The translations under genes were made by a program, and so were the position numbers. 64,000 nucleotides of DNA from Octopus sinensis (Eukaryota): contig NC_043006.1 of NCBI RefSeq assembly GCF_006345805.1, forward strand, positions 98,332,001 through 98,396,000, given 5' to 3'. Each line of letters opens with the position of its first letter. The stretch's first letter is position 1. The notes beneath the pieces are model-generated. The model did no database searches and was not told the origin of the DNA. It saw nothing but the letters and a program-made list of their open reading frames with translations. Positions 26,028-40,015 of the stretch are shown here, piece after piece.

Positions 26028-27584
26028 GTATACACATATATGTGTGTGCATATATATATATATATATACTTACATACATACATACTTATATGCATGTGCT
26101 TGTTGTGTATATGAAACTTTTTGTTTATGATAGATCCGAAATTCTTTCAAATAATTTCTATTTCCTTATTGAATGTATATACATTAGCACGTAATATGTG
26201 GACGTATTGTACTGAAAGGAAATACATTTACTCCATTTTAAAGGAAGCGTATTTGAAGGATATCCATCATTACATGAACACTTTCCACCGCTGATGACAG
26301 AAGCTTCATTAACCCGTTACATATTTATAATATTTGTCTTGCTATTTTTGAGGATATCAATATTTAGAGAAACGTTTAGACTTACACCGTGCACTGTTAG
26401 TGATCGCATTAATATATATTCAACTTTGATTACAAGAAATATCTGACTAACTGGAATGGTGCATAGGAAAATAGTAAATATAGAAACAAAATCAGTTTTG
26501 GTTCGTTACTTTATGTGAATGACAATGCAGATAATACAACACAAAAAGGATACAGCGGAGACTTATCTAACAATCGAAGTACTCTAAACCTGAATATCAT
26601 TTTGCATTTTTATGCTTCTCAAACGTAACAATACTGACTGTCGCTGAAAGCGATTCGATAATTATAAGCGATACAGAGCACTCTGAATATTTAGAATATT
26701 ATCTCATGTTCATAAGTGTAATATTACTGCTTGTAGATGACAGAGAGAGATGAATACCTGTTCGTCATTTCGATTGCACCTATTGAATGGAATTTTGTTT
26801 TATCCATCCTGTAGTGTGTGACGTTGGAGATGACCTCGGAGTCGGAAACTTAACGGAGAGTACTATATATTGTAAGATGTATAGTGCTAATTAGGTTACG
26901 TATGAAGAAAACATAAAAATAGCAGAGTAAACGATCACTACAAGCTATAAATCCACAAGCACCTCCAACTTTACAAGAATGAAGGAGTGAAATTTAATTC
27001 AGTATAACGTAACTAAGATATAAGAAATTCCTAAGTGGTATATAATATAATCTTTTGTTATCATCTGAGCCATGTCTGCGCAATTTCCTTATTTCAAAGC
27101 TAATTCCCTTATTTCAAAACGTATTTCAAAGCATTAAAGTTTAACACATAAGCATGTTCACATATACACATGGTTACAGGTACATATGCATATTTGCATA
27201 GACTTCCAATGTTAGAATCCGACAAATAACTAATTGTCACCCTTGCATGTAACGTGTGCAAGATGAGTTTCTTCCAAGTTGACGATTCGCACCTTTTATC
27301 TTACAAATACATGGATGTCTCCTCTCAGTAAAAGACAACGCCGAACCATGACCGAAACTACTTATACATTTCTCAATGATCGAAAGTGAATATCTGGTAC
27401 ATGTTCAACAGATTTCGGGTGGCTGACATTGTTTCTTGTAGTATTTGTAAAGTTAAATGTAAAAGTTGCAGAAAAACAAGCTCCGATACAAATTAAACAT
27501 ACGAAATCGTTATTACTATCTATCAAATACCTTTTTCTTGTGTCGGATTTTAGTGTAGTGTATGATTCAATTGTAGAGGTTAGT

Positions 27585-27974
27585 GGAGGCGCAATAGCCC
27601 AGTGGTTAGGGCAGCGGGCTCGCGGTCATAAGATCGCGGTTTCGATTCCCAGACCGGGCGTTTTGAGTGTTTATTGAGCGAAAACCACTAAAGCTCCACG
27701 AGGCTCCGGCAGGGATGGTGGTGATCCCTGCTGTACTCTTTCACCACAACGTTCTCTCACTCTTACTTCCTGTTTCTGTTGTACCTGTATTTCAAAGGGC
27801 CGGCTTTGTCACTCTCTGTATCACGCTGAATATCCCCGAGAACTACGTTAAGGGTACACGTATCTGTGGAGTGCTCAGCCACTTACATGTTAATTTCACG
27901 AGCCGGCTGTTCCGTTGATTCGGATCAACCGGAACCCTCGTCGTCGTAACCGACGGAGTGCTTCCATCCACCCA
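27585..27974 (+). mobile_element. tRNA-derived SINE family C, tail type 1, with a 13-bp TSD
   Basis: Head ggaggcgcaatagcccagtggttagggcagcgg..ggtttcgattccc; TSD tgtagaggttagt at 27572-27584 and 27975-27987. Confidence 0.9.
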
Positions 27975-30229
27975 TGTAGAGGTTAGTAAATTAATGTCTT
28001 TGTTCCTTGCATTTTCTTTTATTTGAACTTCTAAGAACGCATATTATTGTTTCCTCGTTCAACACAAATATCTAATTGAAACTCAAAAAGGCGTATCCCA
28101 ATAGGGTGAACAAGCTTGTCAAGAATAATTCTGCTCAACATTTCCCCTCTTCACTGAAAGGATAAACACTTCGATAATTATTGCAAATATATTTATCATA
28201 TTTCACATTGCACACCTCTAGCAACATATCACATTCCCAATAATGAAATACTGCATTCTTTTCCCCGCAGATTGAGTATAAATATTAATCAGAAAATTCG
28301 CCATCCTAACATGAGCATCGCTACCAGAATACCTGTTATTCTTAGTGCCTTCCATATTTATGTTTCATCAAAGCACGTACTTCAATGCAATTAAGAAATT
28401 CTTGAAGCAATTATGTATATTTCGGTTCTTAATGGAATAGTTTATGAAACTAATTTAATTTTTACAGAAAGGAAGAAGCATATACATGTTTCTTCTCCCC
28501 AATGCAGGTAAAAGAAATTGTACGTGATCCCTAAACTTAACTGTAAGTAAAATTATTTCCGATTCTCCTTTTCATAGATGTAATTTTTTAAATATAATCT
28601 TTGAGACATTCAATATACTTTTAATTTTTCATGCTTCTTATTTCCTTTCCAAACTTACCGTGAGTCCATAAATTTTCATTTCAGTAAAGGTAATTATGCA
28701 AATTTATTTGCAAGAATAATAAAATTTGTATATACTTTGAATAAACACATCCTTCCTTGCTTTTCGGATTCGTAATAAAGTGTATTTCTTCCTAAATATA
28801 GTAAAACGTTATTTAAAAGATTAACCATTTAGTTATAACGCTCAAAATTTGCTACTTCGATATTTACCTGACAGGGCTTTCCATTGAATTTGCGAAGGTG
28901 CTCCAGTGTAAGTGCTGAAAATTAATGTTAGACGTATGAAAGTTTGGAAAGGAAATAAGAAGCATGAAAAATTTCACATCGCTTTATATTTCTTTCTAGT
29001 TATAACATAATCAAACATAACCAATTTCTTGGAACGTGGAATCAACTAAATTTCCCTGAGGACATCTCTGTATTTAAAGCTTTTCAAACACGAGCATACA
29101 AAGTTTAATACCATGCACGTTTGTACCAAAAAGAGCATTGTGTTTAGAGAAGGCGAGTTTCCACGAGTAATTTCCTATCGGTTCCCGATTTGAAATATTT
29201 ACAAAGCCATGTGTTGGAGTTAGAGTATATCTTTCTAATTATCAATTCAGTTCAAATATTAGAGACTGTACAGCTTTACTGATAGCGGTAGATATTCATA
29301 AATGAGAGTTGATTCATATATAATTTTGGCTGTGGGTGTTCTTGTAAGATACAAAAAAGTATCGTATGTTTCTCTCTGTGCCGAAAGAACCAGACAATTT
29401 ATTTCCTAATAGGAAACATGGTCAGGTTATGGCCAGAATAGGATCGATAAACTGCAGGAACTGGAATTAGTTACATTACGATAATATTTAAAATATCTTT
29501 ATTTTTCTGTAATGAGAGAAGATGGATCGAAATGCTGAGTGTTTTAAACAGTTTTTTTTCGATGCGTGCTATAACATACACACACACACACATAAACACA
29601 CACACTCACACATAAGGACACAGGCACACACGCACACACACAATACATACAGGTTACTACATATGCATTTCTACAAAACATACATACATGCGAGCGGGAA
29701 TGTGTGCGTGCATTTATGCTTGTATGTATATGTATGTATATACGTGTATGTGTGTGTCTAATTTCAGTAACAAATCACTTATTCCTCGCGATCACATCAC
29801 ACCATGCTCTTCATAGATAGCTCTTACAGTATGCTTTTAATAAGATACATTTTTACAGAATAAATATATAAACAAAAATGTATATCATATATGACAAGTA
29901 AATAAAATTGTAATTTCAGGAAAGCAGTAAATATCATAACGTGAATGCATTAAAAACTCCGCATGAATAAAATGGAGTTCTGAAATAATATACATTGCTA
30001 TTGGAATTTATGGAATTTATAATGGTGTCAAACAACAGGGTAGTTTGTGTATGGAACATCTCTATATTTGCAGGTTCTTCATTCAGTATTTGTTTCTCGG
30101 CATTAATTTCATTCCATTAGAAATATTAGAAATATAACATACCTGAAAAAGTTCAAGTAGAATTCCATTAATTGAACATTAGTTGTTTAATTTCTTTAGA
30201 TTGAATTTGTGGTCTGCATATAATTCTGC

Positions 30230-30308
<79 letters not shown>

Positions 30309-30453
30309 TACATATATATATATACACATTAACACACACAAATGCATACACACCACACACATACACATATATACATATATATGCATGGATATGCGTTAAT
30401 ATACTTAAATATATACACATTGTATTTATAATTTGTATGTAATACACATATTC

Positions 30454-30527
<74 letters not shown>

Positions 30528-30623
30528 TCTTTATAATACACTTACATAAATGCATATATATAAATATCTTTCTATCCTTCTCTCTCTCTCTCTCTATCTA
30601 TCTGTCTGCCCATGTATCTATCG

Positions 30624-30698
<75 letters not shown>

Positions 30699-31655
30699 CG
30701 TGTGTGTATGTGTGTGTATGTGAGTATGTGTGTGGTAAAACTCTTCACACATACATATTTATATGCGTCATATGAAATATATTCAAATGTGTGTATGAGA
30801 GATAGTCCATTATGTGTTCGCATTTGTCAACGGTGTTAAGAAGAGCATTTCGGGTAGTTTACATTGTTACTTCAATATAACTTCTAACATAGTTACAATT
30901 GTATGGTTATGGTATCAAATCCACTTCCGAATGAGACGTTTCATTGCATTTGTGAGTAATTTGATTAAAACATAAAGCCATATTTGTCTAGAACATCGTC
31001 GTAACTCCATCGATAGGATAACTGAATGGTTCAGATTAACAAGCAACAACGTTCAAACCAATTTTATACAGTTCACATAAATGCTTTCAATGCGTCGACG
31101 TGATTTGAGTTTTGAAAACATTGTTTCTAAAAATTATGGGTTGTAATGCCATGTAGATGTCATCCAAGTGTTTATACAGGCTCAAAATGTTCTAAGAACG
31201 AAAAAATAATATTGTGGATTTCATATACGAAAAACATTAATTCACGTCTCAGATACGCTGCCAACGTCACTAATACGATACTTAAAATTAAGTACTACGG
31301 AGTATTATTACATAAGTGCTAGCATTCTTCGTCAAATAAAAGTCTGTAATTTATGTACAGATGGGAGCTGTCATATTCTATTCAACCGAGTTAAGTTCTT
31401 TAATAATAAACAAAAATTCTTAATTGTGATACGCATTTGCAAAATACACACACTAGCTACACAAAGCAGAGCATTATGTGCAGATACAAACTGGCACTAC
31501 TTCCCTGCAACCTTAGTCATATTTACGCAATTAGGAAATAAATATATCACGCTGTATACTAACCGTCAACTTACTAATAGTAAATATAAACAAGATGGCT
31601 TACTATCAATAAGTACTGAGTAATCTTTCAATATATATATATATATATATGTACG

Positions 31656-31732
<77 letters not shown>

Positions 31733-32199
31733 ATGTATATATATATATATATATATATAGTATGCACTCGCTCATTAGACATATGTATATGTATATATGT
31801 ATGAATATATATATATACATGTGTGTGTGTGTGTGTAATATATATATATGCACACATATATAAATATACATATACAACTGCGTCGCGCACGATGGCGCAC
31901 CTATATCTATAATTGGATAAATACTTTAAATTGCTCTGCTGTATCGTCTCTGTTTTACAGATTAACTTTGATTATGTTATACAATGTATGTACCACATTC
32001 ATTAGAATACATACAAACAAAATGAAATTTACATATATCAAATATTAATTGAGGAAATCCATTGCTTTACTAGTGGTATTTTCTTAACTATAGAATGAGA
32101 AAATGTGAAGATGTAAACCATGGTCCCATAAGTCAGTAGTAAACACAATACTATCCATCTATTCGATATATATGTTACTATATCACCATTAAATTCCAG

Positions 32200-33180
32200 A
32201 AAGGACGTCCACATCCCTGAAGACACCATGCACCTGCAATGTGAGCTGGACAAAATATACAAGTGGGCTGAAAAGAATAGCATGCAGTTCAATGCTGAAA
32301 AGTTTCAAGTTTTATGCTATCAGTATGCAAAACTAAATGTAATAGCCAATAAATACACTGGACCTGGGGGGATTGCGATCCCAGAGGCACAATCTCTGCG
32401 AGACCTGGGTATATACATGAGTAATGATGCAACCTTTCATGTGCATGTTGCTAAATTGGCAATGAAATGTAGGCGGCTGACCGGATGGATTATTAGAACC
32501 TTTAGAATAAGAGACCAGGAAACCATGATGGTTCTCTGGAGGACACTTGTCTTAAGCCACTTTGACTATTGCTCTCAGCTATATTCACCATCCATTGTCA
32601 AGTTAAACACAGAACTTGAGGCGATCCAACGAAGATACACAAAGAAGATAGCCTCTGTGCAGCATATAAGCTACTGGGAAAGACTCAAGAAATTAAGACT
32701 CTATTCCTTAGAGCGTAGGCGAGAAAGATATGCCATAATATACATCTGGAAGATCCTAGAAGGGCTTTTCCCAAACTTTGGCATCGACAGTTACACAAAT
32801 ACTAGAACTGGGCGCCACTGTATAGTGCCAAGGACTCCAAATTTGCCATCAAGATGTAGGACAAGATACTGTGATAGCCTGGTCTTCAGAGGCCCACAGC
32901 TCTTCAATATCCTCCCCAAGAACCTGAGAGACCTGCATGGGGTGGATGCAGATGTCTTTAAAATAAAATTGGATCTCTTCCTGTCAGGTGTCTCAGATGA
33001 ACCAACTTCACGGCAGATGAGGTGCAGATGAGGGCAGCTGTATCGAACTCTCTCATGCACCAAATGGCAATTGCTAAAAAACATTCGTGAAGTAAAATCA
33101 TGTAGCAACACGAAATGGTGGTGCCCCAGCATGGCCACAGCTCGTGAGCTGAAACTAGATAAAATAAAATAAAATAAATA
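32200..33180 (+). mobile_element. 5'-truncated CR1-group LINE (RT C-terminal and thumb region, 3' UTR, (TAAAA)n tail)
   Basis: ORF 32228..33031: LDKIYKWAEKNSMQFNAEKF, LRDLGIYM, RTLVLSHFDYCSQL, LEAIQRRYTK, SYWERLKKLRLYSLERRRERY; uninterrupted for 267 codons. Confidence 0.92.
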
Positions 33181-34134
33181 ATAACGTATATATTTTATTA
33201 GTGTTTCTGTGAAGATGTACGTAGAATTGTTTGACTAAAAACAGCTGGTATGTGTTTCAAAATGACTCGTCGTGATTCGCCGCTATGTCGCTAGACAACG
33301 AAATAATCAACATGAAATAGATCCTTCAACAGAAGTATACTACAATCATAATATTGATATGAAAAACAACAATCTTTTTTTATCTTGAAACACATTTTAA
33401 TTCTATCTCCCCCACACTCCTTCCCTTTATCTCTCTCTCTCTCTCTCTCTCTCACTCGCTGTATTTCTCTCTTTCAACAACAATTTCTTCTCCTGCTTCT
33501 CTCTGAACAAAAACATCTTGTCATTATAGTGAAAGTCTTCCTTTTATAAGTCTGTGTTGCGTTGCTTACATGTTGAAAGACATACAGAGTCGCATACACA
33601 AACATACAGAGATATACACACTCATACAAGCAATCACAACGTAAAATAATTATTTTATGTATACATATAGTTATTTTTGAAGTTTGAGTTTCGTAGTGTT
33701 GAGAGATTTGTGGTGTGAATTCACACATTCACACCACAAAACCCCTTTCGATCAAGCAACACAGATTCAATGGCTCCATACTTTGAAATGGCTAAGCATG
33801 AACTGCTATTGGAACTTACATACCATGGACGTTCCATACAGGAAACAATTTTACCACTTCTATACCCCATTTTCCACAAATAAGGAACTGCAACTATAAT
33901 ATCTTTATGTATCTTATTTCTACTTTCATTCTCATATTTCCCTCTATAATCCCTACCTGGAAAGGCCCCTTTTCCATAATAATTAGAACTCAAATAGTTC
34001 CTCTATTTAACATTCTCACTTCGTCTTTGATGAAAGGATATCCATAATATCCCAAAAACAGCAATAAAACTATTTCTTTATAAATATCCTGAAAAGGTCT
34101 TACAGCCACAGCTTTGTTATCACATTCTGTATAT

Positions 34135-34230
<96 letters not shown>

Positions 34231-34421
34231 ATACAGAATGTGATAACAAAGCTATGGTTGTGCATGCTAATGCAAGACCAGCATTAGACTCTTTACTCGT
34301 GTCATTATCGAACCAAGAGTTTAACTATGGTCTGTCCACAGCGTTACCTGACACACTTTGTGTCTTCTAGGTGACAAGACCTCTCTTATATACATATACA
34401 TATACATATGCACATACATAT

Positions 34422-34815
34422 GCAGGAGTGGCTGTGTGATAAGTAGCTTGCTAACCAACCACATGGCTCCGGGTTCAGCCCCACTGCGTGGCATCTTGGG
34501 CAAGTGTCTTCTGCTATAGCCCCGGGCCGACCAATGCCTTGTGAGTGGATTTGGTAGACGGAAGCTGAAAGAAGCCTGTCGTATATATGTATATATATAT
34601 ATGTGTGTGTTTGTGTGTTTGTCCCCCTAGCATTGCTTGACAACCGATGCTGGTGTGTTTACGTCCCCGTCACTTAGCGGTTCGGCAATAGAGACCGATA
34701 GAATAAGTACTGGGCTTAAAAAGAATAAGTCCCGGGGTCGATTTGCCCGACTAAAGGCGGTGCTCCAGCATGGCCGCAGTCAAATGACTGAAACAAGTAA
34801 AAGAAAGAAAGATAA
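34422..34815 (+). mobile_element. SINE family A, copy 4
   Basis: Head, core, internal microsatellite and tail match the other copies. Confidence 0.92.
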
Positions 34816-34974
34816 AGATATATATATATATGAGTTAGAGATTAAGCAACTATCTAAGAGATAATAAATATACAATATACTACTGGATGTATACACCCGT
34901 TATTATATCCAAGTGATTATTATTGCAGGGCAGTATCACAATTGAATACTAGTTATGAGTGGCGTTAAAACAGA

Positions 34975-35175
34975 AATTTACCCAGAGCGTTTGCCATGTT
35001 TTTTACGTTTTGGTACAGTTAACAGGCTTCCATCTTCTTTCTCTATCTCACACCGAATCTTGTGGATAAAAGATCTTGCAACTTTCAGAAAATGGGTAAT
35101 TTCTAATTCCCCATCTTTAGCCTTCAAAGCCACAATCACAGCATGCCTTTTCTTTTCGTAAGTAAGCATACGACC
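34975..35175 (-). pseudogene. maT/DD37D-like transposase N-terminal fragment
   Basis: MLTYEKKRHAVIVALKAKDGELEITHFLKVARSFIHKIRCEIEKE..RKKH; probably the same family as the 3' fragment at 8271-8673 (inference). Confidence 0.68.
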
Positions 35176-38100
35176 TGTCATTGTTATTTTCTGAAATAGA
35201 AGTCCATTCAAATAAAATGACTAAAATTGCATTTCTCCTCAAATACTGTTCGCTTCCTCTCCATATATATTAACTCCAAAACATTTTACACGATATCAAT
35301 TATTAAGAACGGCACCTTTTACATTCTTTTATAACATATTTTGTAAACAATTATAGCTGGAAGGTGTTGTATTGAAATGTACTTTTCAACTTCGCTGGAG
35401 TATTGGTCACTATAAAATGATTACTTAATTTTATGAGTTCATTTTTGTTTCCCCTGACGACATTGCTTTCGGTAGATTGGAGTATTTTATGATTTGGGAT
35501 TTAATGTAGTCGGCCATAATCTCCTCCAAAGTGCATGGCCTTGACTGCTAGACTCAACATAATTAATATGAATGTTTAACTATTAAATTTCCTAGGAAGC
35601 TGTCCACGTAGGCAGTCAATATGTCTAAATGTAACAGGAGTTGACTTAATTTGTGGCTGCTGCTGCTTCTATTGCTGTTTTAGTCGCTCATTCATCCTAC
35701 TTTTGATCAACCATATATCATATATATGATTAATGTAATTTAAATCACGCTTTATGGACATGGCTATGGAATATTTGTCTGGTGTATTCATCCATATTTA
35801 AGAAGAAAGGAAAGTATTTCAGGGAAATTTGAATATTATTTCTAGAAGCCTAAATGCCAAGAAAGAGGCTGCGTTCCCATATTTGCTTGTTCTTCCAAGG
35901 TTATTGAACTGATACAGGTTCATCTAACGGGATTGTACTTAGTGCAGCCTTTATCTTTAGAATTCTCAGAGCGCTCGACACATTTTGTTTATGTGTTTAG
36001 ATATCCTATCATACGTTCTGCGTTCGAATTTTCTCCTCGGCTAACATTACTTTCTGTCCTCGGAGATCGTGAAAATATAGTACCAGTTTAGTACTGAGAT
36101 CAATTTAATTGCCTTACAACTCTCCACAAAACTATAACATTGCTTCTATATGAGACATTTTTATTGCCTCCGTAAAATTGGTGCGTTCTGGCTTTTTATA
36201 TAGGTTAACTAATATTCTTAATATTTAAGTATGCTTCCACACATAATACTACAAGACATTGCGATTCATATTATAAATTCTGTAAGTATATGTTGTAACT
36301 TCGCATCGTCATAATAGCTTAATATTCTTGCTGGTTATTATTTGTACATAACGATGAGCTATCCATCTATAAATAGCATATATGATAAAAAAGAAGCATT
36401 TCTAATCGAAACACAACCAAATTTGTCTTCCCATTAAACCTACGAAGAGATATTGAGTTAGCGTTTTTGTTTTCTAAAATTATATTTTAAATTCTATTTT
36501 CCCCAGACACTTGTTTAACCATATTTTATTCACGTTTTAATGCATTGCCATTTGATGATAATTCCTTTAACAATTTCCGAACATCTAATTTATAACATTC
36601 AACAGTATAACAAGTGCGATGAGTCCTCCTGAAACGAGAAATTTGTCGCTACATAATACAAAAGATCCATATTTAATTAAAAGACGATAATTTGTGATGT
36701 AGCATGTTCAAATCTAATGATATACACAGGAAAACTGCAATGGCGTGTGATGCGTTAATTATCCGTGTCTGTCAAATGAGAAACCTTATATAGGAAAATT
36801 CCAGATCTAAGTTTACAGGCTCGGTGATTGTAATAAGTATTAGATAAGGGTAGAAGAATACGAAATAATTTTAAGGTTTCATTGCATTAAATTGCATAAC
36901 GTTTGGAAGGTTGAATGACGGATACAATCGAAGAACATGCTACATACATTTGTATATATAATATATGAACAAATGCGTATAAATATATCTGTAATAATGA
37001 ATCATGCAAAAATATAAAAACACAAGTATGCTCTTTCCTCTCTCTGTTTTTAACTAACCAGTAAGAATTTCTTAAAGAAAACAAAGGAGGAAAGACCTTA
37101 GAATACTCTCCCTTAAGCACAGGGATTTACTCATTCACTCTTCCACTCACTCTGCTCCTCTCTCTCACACTGCCCTTATAATACGGCTTCCAATGAACAG
37201 AAGATGTGTGTGTGTGTGAGTGTGTGGGTATCTCTTATTATAAAAGGCAGATTTTATCTGCCTCCCTTTGGGAGTTATACAAATCTACAATATAGGATTT
37301 CTTCAATTACAATTTACCTAGCATTTTTAAGAGTACAATGCATCGCGTCATGCCAGGTCCAGTTTTTAAAATTTAAACTCCAATTAAACAAAATTTACAG
37401 AAAACTCACATTCTGGTGTGTGTGTCAAATGCTTTTCTTAGTCTGGTTTACACCACACACAAACGCACACACACAGTGTGCGACGAATAAAATGAAAGTA
37501 AATAGCGACAGAGTGATTTAAACCACTACTCAAAAAATAAAAAAACACAGCAAACAGAAACAAATAAATACACAATTTCTTGAATTAGAGTTTACCTAAG
37601 ATTTTTCAGAGTACTTCAGTGGGTGATGCCATAAAAAATTTCTTTCAATTTTACCACCAATTAAGACAAAATTCGAGAAAACTCAATATTTTAACATATC
37701 ACTCCGAAAGCATTGATGTACATGTGTGCGTGCGTGAGTGTGTGTGTGTCATTCCTCACACACGCATACACATACATATACAACTACATACAACTACATA
37801 CACATACAACTACATACAAACACGTGTGTGTTTGTTATTAGTAAAAAAGGCGCCAAAACTCAACTCACTTATCATTCCAACACATTTGCAAAGACACACG
37901 GACGCACAGAAAAGGTAAATTGGTTTTTATTTTACTCTGTATATATTTTATTATATACTATTATATATAGATATATGTATATATAATTGCAGTATGAAAC
38001 AGTGTTTATGTATAAACAGACGACACTTATATATAGTTACCAAGCCGCCCGAATTTACCTATTCATATTTAAATGAGAATATCAGAGCAAATCTCTTTAG

Positions 38101-38346
38101 TACATTCGTGAAAACACGTATTATACTTCGTAAACTACAGTTTTGTACAAAAATCGAAGTGTAATTTTAATTCCGTGAATTATGGGAGATTTTTTTCCGA
38201 AATTTGTTCCTATTGTGTTTTCAAAATTTGTAATTCTGACAAAAAATGGATACGAATTTCATTATATCAAGCAGCGAGTCAGAATTCGAAGGATTTTCTA
38301 CTGAATACCTTCATAAATCTAACTCTATGACTGAAAAAAAAAAGCA

Positions 38347-38740
38347 TCTTTATATAAGAGTGAAGTTGTGTGTCTGTCTCCTACGATTTAGATTCCTAAC
38401 TACTCCCACATTTTGCGGTGCAGTTTAACCAAAAGCGGGTATCTTATAGTCGTGATTCATATCGAGCCCTTCTGGGTATTAGCGTGCGTCTACGATGAGT
38501 CTACGATTTAAAAAAAATTTACCATCATATTTTTCCATTTTAATGCATTTTTTTCGCTTTTATATAAGGGAAGTAACTCTCTAAAAATATCTACGATGTG
38601 TCAACGATTTAAAAAAAATTTACCTTAATTTTTTTTCAATTTTTTATGCATTTCTTTGCTATTTTTTGGCTATAACTCTCTAAAAATGCTTATATATTTA
38701 TTTCCCTTACAACCCGAGCAACACCGGGCGATTCTGCTAG
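38347..38740 (+). mobile_element. Non-autonomous Helitron
   Basis: 5' A|TCTTTATATAAGAGTGAAGTTGTGTGTCTGTCT; subterminal hairpin cccgagcaacaccggg (38713-38728); 3' CTAG|T; inserted between A and T with no TSD; internal repeat ctacgatttaaaaaaaatttacc occurs twice. Confidence 0.8.
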
Positions 38741-38864
38741 TGTATCAATAAATTTAATTATTCATTGAATAAACCAATGAGCAAGAAACATATGTATTAT
38801 TACGTGGTAAACACACAATAGGGATTAGCTTCAAGTAACATAATTTAAAGCAATCCTTACTAGT

Positions 38865-39060
38865 TACAGGCACAAAGCTTGAAATTTGAGGGGATGGGGC
38901 TAGACGATTACATCAACCTCAATGGTCGACTCGTACTTACTTTATACACCCCAAAATATGAAAGGCTCCAGCGGAATTTGAACTCAGAACGTAAAGATGA
39001 ACGAAATGCCGCTCAAGAAACCTACCCAGCGTGCTGACGATGCTGCCTACTCGCTGCCTT
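38865..39060 (-). mobile_element. tRNA-derived SINE family B (Meta-domain-like), tail type 2, degraded
   Basis: Minus strand ..ttacgttctgagttcaaattccgc..gcctttcatattttgggg..aagtacgag..cccctcaaatttcaagctttgtgcct; related to 45443 and 57179. Confidence 0.7.
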
Positions 39061-39796
39061 AACATAAGTTAAAATAATATGAAAAGGTTCATTGAAAAAT
39101 TAATAACACGAATATTAAGAATATAAGTAAAGTGGAAATACTATATGTTAATTATAAGACACACACACACACACACACATGTATATATATATATATTACA
39201 ATTCTTAATTACCCTGCTGCGAGCCAGCGATTCTAATCAATTATATTAAGAGATATTGTCAGAACTACAGGAACATATTTAAATTGACAGCAATCTTTTC
39301 TTCATCAAATTAATTTTAAAGCCCTCTAGACCAAGACTAATATTTCATCAAATATTAGACTTGCAACTCATTTTATATATTTGATCCACGCCTACAATAC
39401 CTCATATTTGGCGACATCGGTTGCATTGCTGTAACCCCAGTAAAGCTTGATTTCACTCTAAATCTGCCGATTGTTTATTTCAGTTGAAACTTTGATGCGG
39501 CATGTGATCATTCGAAGTATCGAAAGCGTTTACTTGATATTTATTACTATCCAATAGCGTTTCTGGTGTTAGTTCCACGGTATGGACTTCGCTTATTCAA
39601 TAAATCTTCCATGTGTAGGCTGAATAATCCCGCCTTTCATATTATTTTACAGTTGCATAAGAAATTTAAGCAGGCAGCCATTCCAAAGAATACACTCGCG
39701 TCTTGGGTGCTTTAAGAGATGTTGATAAATAATTGTAGAAATATTAAAATTTCTAAGTCTCTCTAAAGGGGACTACTGTCAGCGGTACTGGATATT

Positions 39797-40015
39797 AATA
39801 GCTATCGCCAATCTAATATGGCAGTCCAGAAATATAGGACGAATGTTGCCGTTGATTAGCTCCAAGAGGCCATCGCCTCTAGCTAGCAATGTGACACACG
39901 AACCTGAACCTGAACCTGAACATAGCTAGCTAGAGGCGGTCTCCTCTTGGAGCTAATCAACGGCAGCATTCGTCATATATTTCTGGACTGCCATATCAGC
40001 TTGGCGATAACTAAT
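39797..40015. mobile_element. Hairpin MITE-like element (arms of about 95 nt)
   Basis: tagctatcgccaa..cctctagctagc is the reverse complement of gctagctagagg..ttggcgataacta with few mismatches; the loop contains (GAACCT)3. Confidence 0.8.
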
